From contig CT868664.1 in NCBI GenBank assembly GCA_000165425.1, forward strand, positions 310,001-355,138: 45,138 nt of DNA, in the 5' to 3' direction. Position numbers and translations under genes: made by a program. The stretch is from Paramecium tetraurelia. Taxonomy: Eukaryota. Shown piece by piece: positions 31,850-45,138 of the stretch. Position 1 is the first letter of the stretch. The number at the start of each line of letters is the position of its first letter. The notes beneath the pieces are model-generated. The model did no database searches and was not told the DNA's origin. It saw nothing but the letters and a program-made list of their open reading frames with translations.

Positions 31850-34790
31850 ATGCAAGGAAAACATAACTTTATATTTTCCTTGGACGGAGAGCAAAAATCA
31901 TTCTTTGTTTCAAATTTGGATGTCGCCTCCTTTTGTCGTTTGATTCGTTCTGCATTTTAGGTTGATAAGACAATCACAGCATTACAAGATGCGTAAGGTA
32001 AATGCAATAATATAATAGGAAACATTTGCGATTTGCATTATTTTTGCAATAATCTGCACGCTCACAAGGATAAATTCTACATTATATTGACCGAACAAAG
32101 AAAAGCTGAAAGACAGAGTAGGAAGTCTCATAAGAGTAAAAACTCGAGAGTGCTAACAACAAATGAAGAACCTTCATATTATGTTGAATTTGGAGCCTTC
32201 TTATAAGAAATCCAGCAAATCAGATTTAGGTATATTTGAAGAGTCATTTAGTCCCCAACATCCAGTTTTAACTATAGTGTTGGTATTTGACAATGAATAC
32301 TAGGCTGGCATCTTCGGCCAACCCATAGTAATGAGAATCTACAAAACATTTGCATTTCTCTAAGCCTATTACACAATAATCTAGGAGGAGGAATCTGATT
32401 CATTGTTATTAACGGTTTTTGAAAATTAAATTCTTAAACATGAAATGGAGATGAAAATTAATCACTCCGTAGCTGAAGATGTGTGCTATTAGATTGAGCA
32501 ATTGCTTTGTGAGGAAGAAGAGCCAGAACCTATCTTATAAGGTAGTTTTGCAACTCCTAATAGTAATGCAAACAACAACATCCCCTTGATTGTAACCAGG
32601 GGGAACGAGAAATAGATTTTATAGGTGGAGGCCAATGATAACTTTCATTCAAGTTAAGGCAAAAGAACACATGGGTATAATTTTTGTTAATAAGTGTAAT
32701 GAGGGTAAAGAAGGCGGTTGACAAATTTCGAAATCGATTCGAATCCAGAGAATATGAATACCTCTTAGGATTAATTATAGGCTAAGATTAATCAGTCTTT
32801 GCTGCATATCAACTATTTTAAAAATAACAGGACGACGAGAATTTCATTAGAAATCTGAAATTGCTACTACCTCAGGAGGACAACAATAACCTTTCGTTGT
32901 AAAAATGATATATTTTGTTAAATAGTTAAAACAATCTCAAATTCATCACTAGTCCCAGTCGGAGTGATCTCCATTAATCTGTTAATTTCCCCTATGATTG
33001 TAATCCAACTCCAGGTTTGAGATCAACCGTAACAATTATGGAATAATTACTTAATTCAGGAGATTTAGATTCAATTGAGTCTGGAATGTTGAGAGAATTG
33101 AGAATGGACAGCGATTTGGACGATTTGGTAAAAAGCCTAATGGAATACCCTCAAGATGTACAATAATATCCCATTTTATAAGGTTCTTCTCCAAATAATA
33201 AGACAATATCTCCAAAGTCTGTTTTAGTAAGAAATAACTAAGACCTTCAATTCTCATTAAGTAGAGTACTTTCTATAAGAAAATGCAAATAAATAAAATC
33301 CTATTTATGAGGGATTTCAAAGATTTGGATAAAATGGATAATTATAGGAGCTATTTTAGTTCCTGAAAGACAATGTTGGACAATTAGAAGAATAATTAAG
33401 AGAAGAAAATAGCTATTCCTATTATTTGATGCATAAACGACGTAAGGATAGTCAAGATGAACATTTCCATTTCCATATCAATTTCCCTTAAATTAACTAA
33501 TAGGAAGAACGAAAATTAAGTGTCGATTCATTAGTATTGGAGAGTAAGAAAGAAATCAACTTCATTGATAAATATCATGTCAAAGTGTTACAAAAATACA
33601 GTAATGAAGATTATGAAAAACTGTTTATGACTGTTTATGATCAATGTAGTAAATTCTGTGATGAACACGAAAAAGCCAAATTACATGGATACTATACTGC
33701 TTAAAATTAAAGGTTACTAGAAATCTTAGATAAATATGGGTAAAGATATGATATCGATTGCATTAAATCAGATCTCAATGATTTATTAACATTACAAAAT
33801 AAAAAAATAGATGAAATCCCTTCACCTACTCATGGGGCTGTTATTGAACCAAAAATGCATAAATATTAAAATTTCAAATTTATTATAAATTTTCTATATG
33901 AAATTGATAAAGTCATTACTTTAAGGTAAGCAAAGGCATTTTATTATTTATATTCAATTGAAGATATGTCTGTTATGGCAGCTTATGAAGTGTATTGCGA
34001 AACGAAAGAATAAGACGAGTTTTTAAATACTCTAAACCTCATATTCAAAGTGTATTCATCCTCTTCTAGATTTGACTTTAATGAAATCGAGCAATTCGAT
34101 AGTTTGATTGAACAGTAATTAACCATTCTGTTTGCCTACAGAAGATGTTTGAATCAAGAATAAAGATTGGCATTGGAACAAGTAATAAATCAAATTATAT
34201 TGTTAGAACATGATATCATGTGATAATACTCTATTGAAACTCTTTAGGGATTTCCTTAGATAGAGAGATCAGAGGATATTCATCCAGAAGTTATCAGATT
34301 TTGCAAATAGTCAAATTGAAAAGCAAAAAGACAATTAATCTATGGATCCTTACATGAAAAAGATCGACTAAAATAATTAACATAAAGATTTAATAAAAGA
34401 CATCTGTGCTAAATTCTTAAAGTCAAAGGTCAAATAAATTGATCTTTTGATGGATGCGATTGACAAGGATAATATTATGCTGAAGTCTTCATTGGAAGTC
34501 TACGATTACAATTTAGATAAATAAGATTTAGTAGAAAATATCCAGTTAATCTATAATTACATCCTAAAATCTAATGTGAAAAGTATATTGAAAGCAAACT
34601 TAATTGAATTAGGAAGATCAAAAACTGATGTAAGTATTTTAGTGATAATTAATAGTTAACCTACTTGTTAAGAAATATTAATCAAGATGAGCCAATTCTT
34701 AAAGGAGCGTTTGAATTGTATTTCTAAACCAAAGATGAAGCAGAACTAAAGGATACTATTAGTCGAATACTCAAATTTAGCAATATTTGA
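31850..34790 (+). CDS. Large hypothetical protein with repeated helical motif
   Basis: The frame is continuous after removing several 20-30 nt introns where checked. Recurrent motif AAY/F-E-V/L-Y-x4-D-x2-E/D-F/L-x3-L. TGA at 34788-34790. Confidence 0.7.
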
Positions 34791-34803
34791 TAATTATTAT
34801 TTT

Positions 34804-35374
34804 ATGTACAAAGTTGAACTTGTAGATTCATCTGAATTCAAAGATCGTTCAAAATACTATAAACATCTGTTACAAACATATTGTCAATGGAGTTTTCTGA
34901 AATACTTTGTATATAGTATTATCTGGTTGATTGGTGGGAGAGTATAATCATAAAATAATCTAAAAGATCTCAATTCATTATTCAATGCAAGGGTTATACG
35001 TAATAATAACAGGATTCGCACTTATCTTTACCAATTTAGGCACTAGAGAAAAAGGCACTTTGAGTGCATATAGCATATTTAATAAAGGATATAAGAAGTT
35101 GATGGGATAGATGACTGAAGAGGATGTTGCTAATATGTATAATATGGGAGGAGTTAAAAAGAAGGAGGATTTTAGTGATGAGGATGATGACAATATCTCC
35201 AAGGATTTTGATGGATTGTCGATGGAATAAATGATGGCGAAATTGACAAAATTGGGGAATAAGCAATGTTTTTGTAATTCAGGTAAGAAATATAAAAAAT
35301 GTCATTACTTTATACATTAAAGAATTAAATAGTAAGAAGATGAAGAAAGAAGAAAAGGAATTAAAAAAAATTGA
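34804..35374 (+). CDS. SAYSD1: SAYSvFN-domain membrane protein (SAYSD1-like) with C-terminal SEC-C metal-binding motif, 181 aa
   Basis: One 25-nt intron (34942-34966). Hydrophobic hairpin, then IFTNLGTREKGTLSAYSIFNKGYKKLMGQMT, later LGNKQCFCNSGKKYKKCH. Confidence 0.85.
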
Positions 35375-35385
35375 TAATATTATAA

Positions 35386-36277
35386 ATGATTAATTCATTG
35401 ATCACAACCTAAGCTTTTTAAAAAATGCAATAAGACTCCCCTTTGAATAGAGAATGCTTTGAATGTGGAGCACCAAATCCAACTTGGGTGAGTTTACCAA
35501 ACTCTGTATTTCTTTGTTTGCCTTGTTCTGGCATACATCGTAGTCTTGGTGTACATGTGTCCTTTGTTCGATCTACAAATTTAGACAGCTGGTCAGACAA
35601 ACAATTAAAAATGATAATGATGGGCGGGAACGATAAACTCAAAGAATACTTCACTTCCATTGGAGTCTATGCTGACCCATCCAAACAACAGGACATCTCA
35701 TGGAAATACAGAACCAAAGGAGCATCCTATTATAGAGAATGTGTAATTCAATAATTCTTAACCTTTAGATCAAAGCAAAGACTGAAGAAAGAGAAGTCCC
35801 ACCACTTATTCCAATCGAGGAAGCTCTAGAAGAAGATCCTCAATTGGCAAAATCTAATTTTAATCCCCTGCCCAGAAAGGGAGAACAATAACAATAATAT
35901 TAACCCATGCAGATGAAAGAAGAAGAAGACGATACTCTTGATAAGATGAAGACCTTCTTCTCTGCTGGGTTCTAAAAAACATCAGAGGCAGCCAAAGAAG
36001 CCAAGAAGAAATTGGAGGATAAATATAATGATGAGGAATTTCAATAGAAATTAACTTAGTTCAAAACCGATTTCTCTTAGAAAACCAATGAAGTGGCTGT
36101 AAACTTGCATTCTTATTTTAGGAAAAAACTAAAGTTGTTGCAGAAAAGAGTTACGAAACTGTTAAAGAGGGAACTCTGTCAGCCTGGAACTTTTTAAAGA
36201 CTAAGTTCAACGATTTACAGAAAAAGGATCCACAACCCGAGCAATTTGAGATTTTAGAACAACCCAAGAATCAATGA
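35386..36277 (+). CDS. ARF GTPase-activating protein (ArfGAP zinc finger)
   Basis: [49 protein letters not shown]. Two micro-introns. TGA 36275-36277. Confidence 0.93.
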
Positions 36278-36316
36278 AATTCTATAAACTTGTTTAAAAA
36301 TAATTAAAATATTATA

Positions 36317-37778
36317 ATGGCATATTAATCACAATGCAATTCTCAAATGAATACCAATCATTCTTTAAAACCACCTGTGGACTCTCTATTAGGAAAGGTA
36401 GTGTGCAAAAATTACCTTATTGTATCCAAAATTAATGAAGGGTCATTTGGTAAGGTGTATAAGGCTATTCACTAAATTAAACAAGATTATTATGCAGTCA
36501 AAATTGAGGCCTAAGAACATAGATAAAAAAAGGGAGAGACTTTGAGATTGGAGGCAGAGATTCTCAAAAAACTTAATGGTGAAAGAGGAATCCCTAGGTT
36601 ATACTATTATATTGAAGATTCAACTTAGAGGGTGCTTGTTGAAACCTTATTGGGTATTGATTTAATAATTAATATTTTAGGAAGGAACCTTGATGAATTG
36701 TATAGTTTATGCAACCACAAATTTTCTTTGAAAACCGTCTTACTCTTTATGGACCAAGCCATTAGTCGATTAGAATATCTTCATTCCTAAGGGGTAAATA
36801 ATTTAATGAGATAAAGTGCCCTAGTATATTCACAGAGACATTAAGCCAGAGAATTTCATGATAGGAATTCCTCCAAATGAAAACCTCATATATCTCATTG
36901 ACTTCGGACTCAACGCCCCAATTTATGATTCATAAAAGAGACTGTTGCCAAAATTAAAAGGCCAACCATTAGTAGGAACTGCTCGCTTTACCCCAATCTG
37001 TTCTCATTAAGGATATAGTTAAAGCAGAGCAAGCGATTTAGAGTCTTTAGGTTATTTGGCCATATTTTTTTTAAAAGGTTCTCTCCCTTGGATGAAGGTC
37101 GAAGCTTAAACCAAAGAGGAGCGATTTTATTTAATTGGGTAAAAGAAGATGAGAGAAACTCCTATGTCATTGTGGTAAACGATTTCATGTAATTTTAGTG
37201 TGGGATTACCTCGAGAGTTTGAGGGATATTTCAACTACATTTTCAATGTTTCTCATGATACTGAACCTTCTTACGGTTACTTGAGAAAGTTGTTAAAAGG
37301 GTTGATGCATAGAATGCAATATAATGATAATGTTTTTGACTGGTAAGAGATTATTAAGAAGGAGGAGGAGAGTAAGAAAGGTTCTAATAAAAAGATAAAA
37401 TTAAATGCTTAAACCTAACAATTCAAACCCATTGAATCTGAGGATGAGCAGGATAGTCCAAAGGTGGCTATGATGTAATCAAAAGATTCGAAAAAAAGCT
37501 CGTCAAATTTTCTTAAAAGAAGTATCACTGATCAATTGAATTTCTAAAAATAATAAAGTATCAATCAAAGAAATAACATCGAACTCTTAATTTCACAAAA
37601 TGAATTGCTTAATCTGAGATTGAAGTAGAAATTATTAATAAATAACAATAATAACACTTAGGAAGAACCTGAAAATTTTGGCTTCGGAGTTATGAATGAA
37701 TATTATCCATATCCTACCATGCAGTAATAAATGGATTAGGTGATTACAATTATTACTAAATTTATTATTAATTAATGA
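36317..37778 (+). CDS. CK1: Casein kinase 1 family protein (divergent); 3' end uncertain
   Basis: [59 protein letters not shown]. Three introns. The first in-frame TGA is at 37776-37778. Confidence 0.88.
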
Positions 37779-38522
37779 AAAAATCTCCTCATCTTAAATT
37801 GTAGATTATTAAAATGCGCCCTATAGTATGCAATACTGAATTGGCTTTCGTTATTCCAACTGACAAAGAAAGAAAAGTTTCCATGAGTATCACAGTTAAA
37901 TTTTAATTTAGAACGTAAAATGAAAACTAGTGACGAACAAATTAAACATGCACGCTTAAGATATTAAGAACTATTCTACTAATAGGAAGCCAACTTAGAA
38001 TATTTATATGATTAACTAACAGAGAGAATGGAAAAATATAATCTTCAAAAATAAAAACAATTAGCAAGCAAAGCCAAATATGCATGTGACTACAATTTTA
38101 GATGGAAATAAAGACTTTAAGAACAAAAATGGTTAGATATTAATATGAGTAGGTTTGTCAGCTGAAAGAGAATTTTATTTTTAAGAGATGCATTTTCAAG
38201 ATTTCTAGAAGAGACATACAAGAAGCAAAAGCTTGGCTTTGCCTAAGATAGAAATTATCAAAAAGACAGAACCATGTCCTACCATTAAGAAAAGAGAAGA
38301 ATAATCTTTTGACAAACAGAGAAAAATTATTTATTGTTCCTATCAAAGGGATTTGAAATAAGTATACTCTAAAGTAATTATTAGATGAAAAGATCCTTTG
38401 AAATAGCATAAAAACTAGATTAGGATGATCATCGAATTATGAAATAGAAAACCTTAGACATAAAACCAAAACAAAAAGTACCCCAGAAACACGATGACAA
38501 TACATTTCTAACATATGTTTGA
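37775..38522 (+). CDS. Hypothetical coiled-coil protein; start may be 37775 or 37814; apparent +1 frame break at ~38154
   Basis: Protein-like frames ...EQIKHARLRYQELFYQQEANLEYLYDQL...EQKW and LSAEREFYFQEMHF...NTFLTYV*. Three GT-AG micro-introns. Confidence 0.55.
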
Positions 38523-38539
38523 CATCTAAATTGTATTAT

Positions 38540-39140
38540 TCATTATTATTTTTGAAATACATCATTTTTACTTCTAAACTTTAATGCTTTTTCCTTCTTT
38601 ATTTAGAAATGATAACCTCTATAAATTATATTACATCATACTTTATTCTTTTTAATCAATATCTCCCCTTCCTATTCTTTCTCCATCTAATAAGATTCTG
38701 TATTTATAACTTAACAGCTATTCTAAATTTAAAAATTATTATTTTAAATAACATTTATAAGACTCAATTTATTTTCCAATTATTTATCGGTTCACAATAT
38801 GATCCCCCATTCAATTTATAACAAGTAATATTACATTAATTTGTTCTGCTCTTAAGTCATAATTTGCTAAAAACTAATTTTAATCGAGGTCAAATATTTT
38901 CCTTTCATCATTGATTCGCATCTTCTTCAATCCTGAACTTACGTTCCTGAGTATTTTGGATGCAACTCCTTTAAAAATCCAACCTTCTATCTGAATAAAA
39001 CATATAATACATTTGCTCTTTAATTTTATTGATATTAATATTCAACTAGTATTTTAATTGATATATCAATACGTATACTTCTTATAATAGTTTTCGTGAA
39101 ATCTATGCATAAAAACTTAAAGTTGAAATGCAAAATTCAT
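38540..39140 (-). pseudogene. Possible gene remnant
   Basis: Contains intron-like GTA...TAG elements and short protein-like stretches (IEGWIFKGVASKILRNVSSGLKKMRIND), but no consistent spliced ORF could be built. Confidence 0.25.
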
Positions 39141-39386
39141 TTTTTAATTGGAACTCTTGAAGTGAATAAAGTTGCAACTTATATATATTAATTATGATTA
39201 AGAAGTTTTATTAGATTTATAGCCAACTACTTGTTATAGCAACCCAGAAAAATTAGCTGACAATTGAATTTTATTGATTACTTTGAAAAATCAAAGAATT
39301 TCAATATTAATAAAATAGAAATAAATTTAAATTTATATGGTTCTAGTCCTCAACATATTAAATTAATTTTTATAGTCAAATTAGAT

Positions 39387-41145
<1,759 letters not shown>

Positions 41146-41361
41146 TAAAAATAATTAAGCTATATAAATTGATTATTATATTTCTGATCTCATAATTTTA
41201 GCTCGCTAATAGCAGAGTTTTAAGTTTAATCAAATAATCAAGATAGAGATAAAGAAGAACCGTATTAACTTTTAAATCCCTTAACGTAATTACAAAAGTT
41301 AAGAAAATTATATTTTGATAATCAGATCTACATTATAAAGTGATTTTAAATCTTAATTGTA

Positions 41362-42907
41362 TCAAAAATTCAATTAATCAGAGCTTTTAATTTTTTACTT
41401 TGATTATTTATAATCCACTGCTTCTACTTCAGATTTTGTCTTTTTTATGGTTTTCCTAACCTATTCAAATTTTTCATATTAGGAAATTCTCATATAACAA
41501 CCCTAAATGGTCACCAAATAATATCCAAGTATTCCTGTCATTATTTGCTTAGGCGTGAAAGCTTCAATTATCTTATAAAATATATATAATACTTTTAACA
41601 TAATTCCAAAATTTTGTATATTGGACTTGACAATTACATATGTCAAAATAGGAACAATGTCATCTGTGCCGTAGCTCTTAATAGATTCAAGTTCAGGATG
41701 CTTATCATAATATTCCTTTATGCAACTATGAATCTCTGTAAAAGTTTTGGAGATAATTTTCAATTAGTTTGTGGGAGACTGTACTTATTCCAGTTGCTTT
41801 AAAGTATTTATTGCTGATTAGTATGGTTGATTATAATCTTCAAAGTCAGAAAATTGGATTGATGGATTACCTTTTAATTAATCATTTTAAGGTTGAAATG
41901 CTATTTCAAGTTGTTAGTTCAGCAATAATTATTAAGGAACATCAAACTCATCAATCTTATTATTCTTTATCAGTCTCAAGTTAAATTAATATTAAGAGTT
42001 CTCATATGCATAAAGCTCAGAGAAACTCTTCAAAATTTTTTGATAGATTCTTTCATCTAAAAATAGGACATTAATCACAAATGCAATAGTGTTTGTACTG
42101 GTAAAGCAGTTTAATAATTGAGTTTAATGGACAAACTTATCTATCATATAGTAACTTTCTATGCAATTTACAAAGAATTTAAGGAACTCAATAATTTCAT
42201 CACAAAGTTCTGTGCTTTTAATCAATTGATTCTTATTTTTATCTCTTCTAAATGAATCTCTAAACCACACTTAAGGCCCAGTATAATTTACAATATAATT
42301 TTGAAATGTTTATAAGATTAATCCACATGGATGGTCAGCAATTTAAATTTATTAGTATATCATTCCCATTATTTCTCTGAAGAATTTTTTCTCATTCAAA
42401 CCAGATTTCTTTCTATCCTCAAAGATTGTGTTGACCTCTTCTTCATAGTACTCAAAAATATTTATTTTAGATTATTCATTTTATTCAAAATGGTTTGAAA
42501 TTTTGTTTTAATAAAATGAAGAAGTTGTTTCGTAACAACTTATAATCAATCTTATTTTATTTAAATAGATAGCTTGCAATTCTTCGAAATTCTTAATATC
42601 GATACTTTGTAATCTAAGCTACATGAGGTCCGACCATTAATAGTGTTTAAATTAGCCTCTGGTTAATTTTCTTATAGTATACTCAATCCAAGATAATTAA
42701 ATCTCCACTACTTGAGTTTTGATTAGGCCAAAGCAGTTGCAACATGCAAAACAATACGATAAATTATTTTCTTAAACAAATATTTTAGAATTTTCAACCT
42801 ATGATGACTCAATAGTATTCGTATGTTGGCCTGATGTGATTAGAAAATATACTTAAGAGTAATTCAGAAGAATCTTATCTTTCAACTTTTGCTGATTTAT
42901 TTCCCAT
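41362..42907 (-). CDS. VPS9-domain protein (Rab5-family GEF)
   Basis: GTDDIVPILTYVIVKSNIQN...GILGYYLVTI (VPS9 signature). MGNKS start and a 22-nt first intron. Confidence 0.82.
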
Positions 42908-43194
42908 ATTTAAAATATAATAATATCTAATTGAAATTAATACCCAAGTATCTAACTTCTATTCTTACATAATATCTAGAATGATAACAAATTATTGAAT
43001 TTTATTAATCTTTTGGATGCATAGACATTAGTCTAAAACAAGGATTTTAAGGCTTGTTGATTTATTTTAAAGATATTAATTTGAGACATAAGATATTTAA
43101 AACAAATTAATCGAAAAAGAGTTGCTGAAAAAATATGATAAAATATAATAATTATCAATATCTTAAAAATAAGTCAATATTATTTTTTATTAAT

Positions 43195-44471
43195 ATGATT
43201 TAATCGTTACCTTCCAGAAATAAATAGCTGATAGAGTCCCCATTTGTGTGGTTAAAAGAGAAAGCAGAAAGAGATAGATAAAGAACAGGGTATATATTGC
43301 TTTAATATATAGAGTGCCTTCCAAATTATGGTACATATCAGGTAAGATCTATGATTTATCCCAATTTCTTAAACTCCATCCAGGAGGAGATTACTTCTTA
43401 GAACTGACATAAGGACAGGATATAACTGAAATGTATTATAGCCATCATTTAAACATGGAGAAATGCGATGCTATTTTACAAAAATATTATGTTAGAGATG
43501 CAGACAAGATTGAATAATATTTTGACTATGATGAAAAAGGATTCTACCTCACACTTCATAAAAAGGTAAGTGATTATTTCAAGACTAGAGATAAGGGACC
43601 AACACTGATCATGAAGCTAGTTGTTTTTATAGCTCTCTTTTCATTCATTATTACATTCTTGTTAACCTGTATATTCTAAAGTTATTTATGGGCATTTCTA
43701 TGTGGATATACACTTTATGTTTGTTTTGGATTAGGACATAATTTCCTGCATTAAGGTTCTTATGAGCCTAGAAGATACTTAGCCGATTTATCATTCTTCT
43801 CCCATTTCCATTGGGCAATTACACATTGTATTTCTCATCATCATTTTACCAACAGTAATATTGATTTAGAAGTGACTTCATTTGAACCCTATTATAAGAC
43901 CCAAAAATCTAAACTTCCTAATAATAAATATATGTGTTACTATATGGATATATTTTTTGCTTTTGTAAGTACTATGTAATTTGTATCCACTATTCAACAA
44001 GTGCTAAAAGGAGAAGAGAGAATAAGGAAAGAATACTTTATTCCAATTGTTGAATGTTTAATATTATAATATTTTTGCGGAGATATATTGTAAGGATTTA
44101 TATTTTTTATGATTATTCAATCCACTTCAAGCTACCTAACCCTCAAGTATTCCATAATTACTCATCATAATAACATATGCTATACTGATGGCTGTTCTAT
44201 AGTGCCTTCTAGAGATTTTGGCATCTACACCTTATAGACAAGTTAAGATCACGACCCACAAGTGGTTTTCCCTTTTAACATGTTTCTTTTTTAAGGGTTC
44301 AATTAACACACGTTACATCACTTGTTTCCCACTGTGGATGAGTCAAGAATTCCTGAAATATACTGCTTTTTATTGGAAACTATCAAAGATTTCAAATTAC
44401 AACATATCTACAAACAACGCACAGTTTCTGAATTGTACAAGGCTCATAATGCTTTTGTTTTCGGAAAATGA
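43195..44471 (+). CDS. Cytochrome b5-fused fatty acid desaturase-like protein (Cyt-b5-related type)
   Basis: WYISGKIYDLSQFLKLHPGG (b5 heme motif). His boxes HNFLH, HCISHH and HTLHHLFP. One 23-nt intron. Confidence 0.9.
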
Positions 44472-45138
44472 TTATAAAAAATAATTATTTTCCTAAAATT
44501 TAAAATTCAAGATTATATTATTTATTTTCTCAATTATCTTATAAAAATTACTTTTAGCTGCCAATTATTTACTTATTAATCTTATATTAAGACTAAATTT
44601 AAAATAAAACAACAATAAATAAATTTGAAATTTACAATGAGATCTCACTTTAAATTTTCAAGTGATCTAAATTTAATATACTCGAATTAACATTTGGTTT
44701 TGTTCTGATCAAACTTGATTTCAATTACAAAGCACAATTTCAACTTTTATCGACTCTTTTCTATAGGGAAGATATTTCTTAAATTTCATTAAACAACCCA
44801 AAATTTAACCTCAAAATTGAGGAATTTTGGAAATTAGAAAAAAAAACATTATGTATTCCTATTATGAAGTCTGAAATTTATCATATGTAAGTTAAAAATG
44901 AATTACAAATACCCAGAAGTATAGAGTCTGATAAGATTGTAAAATAATTTTCAGAAAATGTTGTTTTTAATTTTATCGATTATTCAAAATATCTGTAAAT
45001 TTTAATAAATTTAGTTTTATTGACCAGTATTTTAGAGAGGGACTCCTTACTTAAGACAGTTGCTATAAATTCTTTGTCTTAGGAGTAAATAACTAATAGA
45101 GATTCAATAAATTTAGTTTTAAAATTGCGGAAATTTAT

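Noticed and set aside
31494..31965. Long plus-strand code-6 ORF starting MYAAVGVPY
   Set aside because: It is antisense to the clear DUF1279 gene and runs through AT-rich spacer. Long ORFs arise easily with a single stop codon.
44480..45138. Possible minus-strand gene end or WD40 remnant (YSQDKEFIAT...IKIY)
   Set aside because: Similarity is too weak and the region is truncated by the window edge, so no call can be supported.

Overview
AT-rich, very gene-dense ciliate macronuclear DNA, most consistent with Paramecium. TAA/TAG read as Gln, TGA is the only stop, and introns are 19-31 nt GT-AG. The supplied standard-code ORF track is therefore fragmented and largely misleading. Re-translating by hand with code 6 and micro-introns gives about 23 protein genes: a VPS13/chorein-N protein running off the left edge, an ankyrin protein, PP1, an 80-aa microprotein, a cyclic-nucleotide-binding K+ channel, a SNF1/MARK-type kinase, PKG, a degenerate histidine-kinase-like membrane protein, a 2-TM ciliate membrane protein, BCAT, a pseudokinase, a mitochondrial carrier, a secreted acidic proprotein, a TrxR-like flavoprotein, FAM210/DUF1279, a helical-repeat protein, a SAYSvFN+SEC-C fusion, ArfGAP, CK1, CDPK, a VPS9 GEF, a cytochrome-b5-fused desaturase-like protein and hypothetical proteins. 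Two probable gene remnants are also present. Main oddities: the SAYSvFN/SEC-C fusion; five +1 frame breaks in otherwise intact genes (probably assembly errors, needs testing); a TrxR-type enzyme with no C-terminal redox tail; and divergent ATGs only 19-22 bp apart. No RNA genes, telomeres or mobile elements were recognised. All family assignments come from motif recognition by eye, not database searches.
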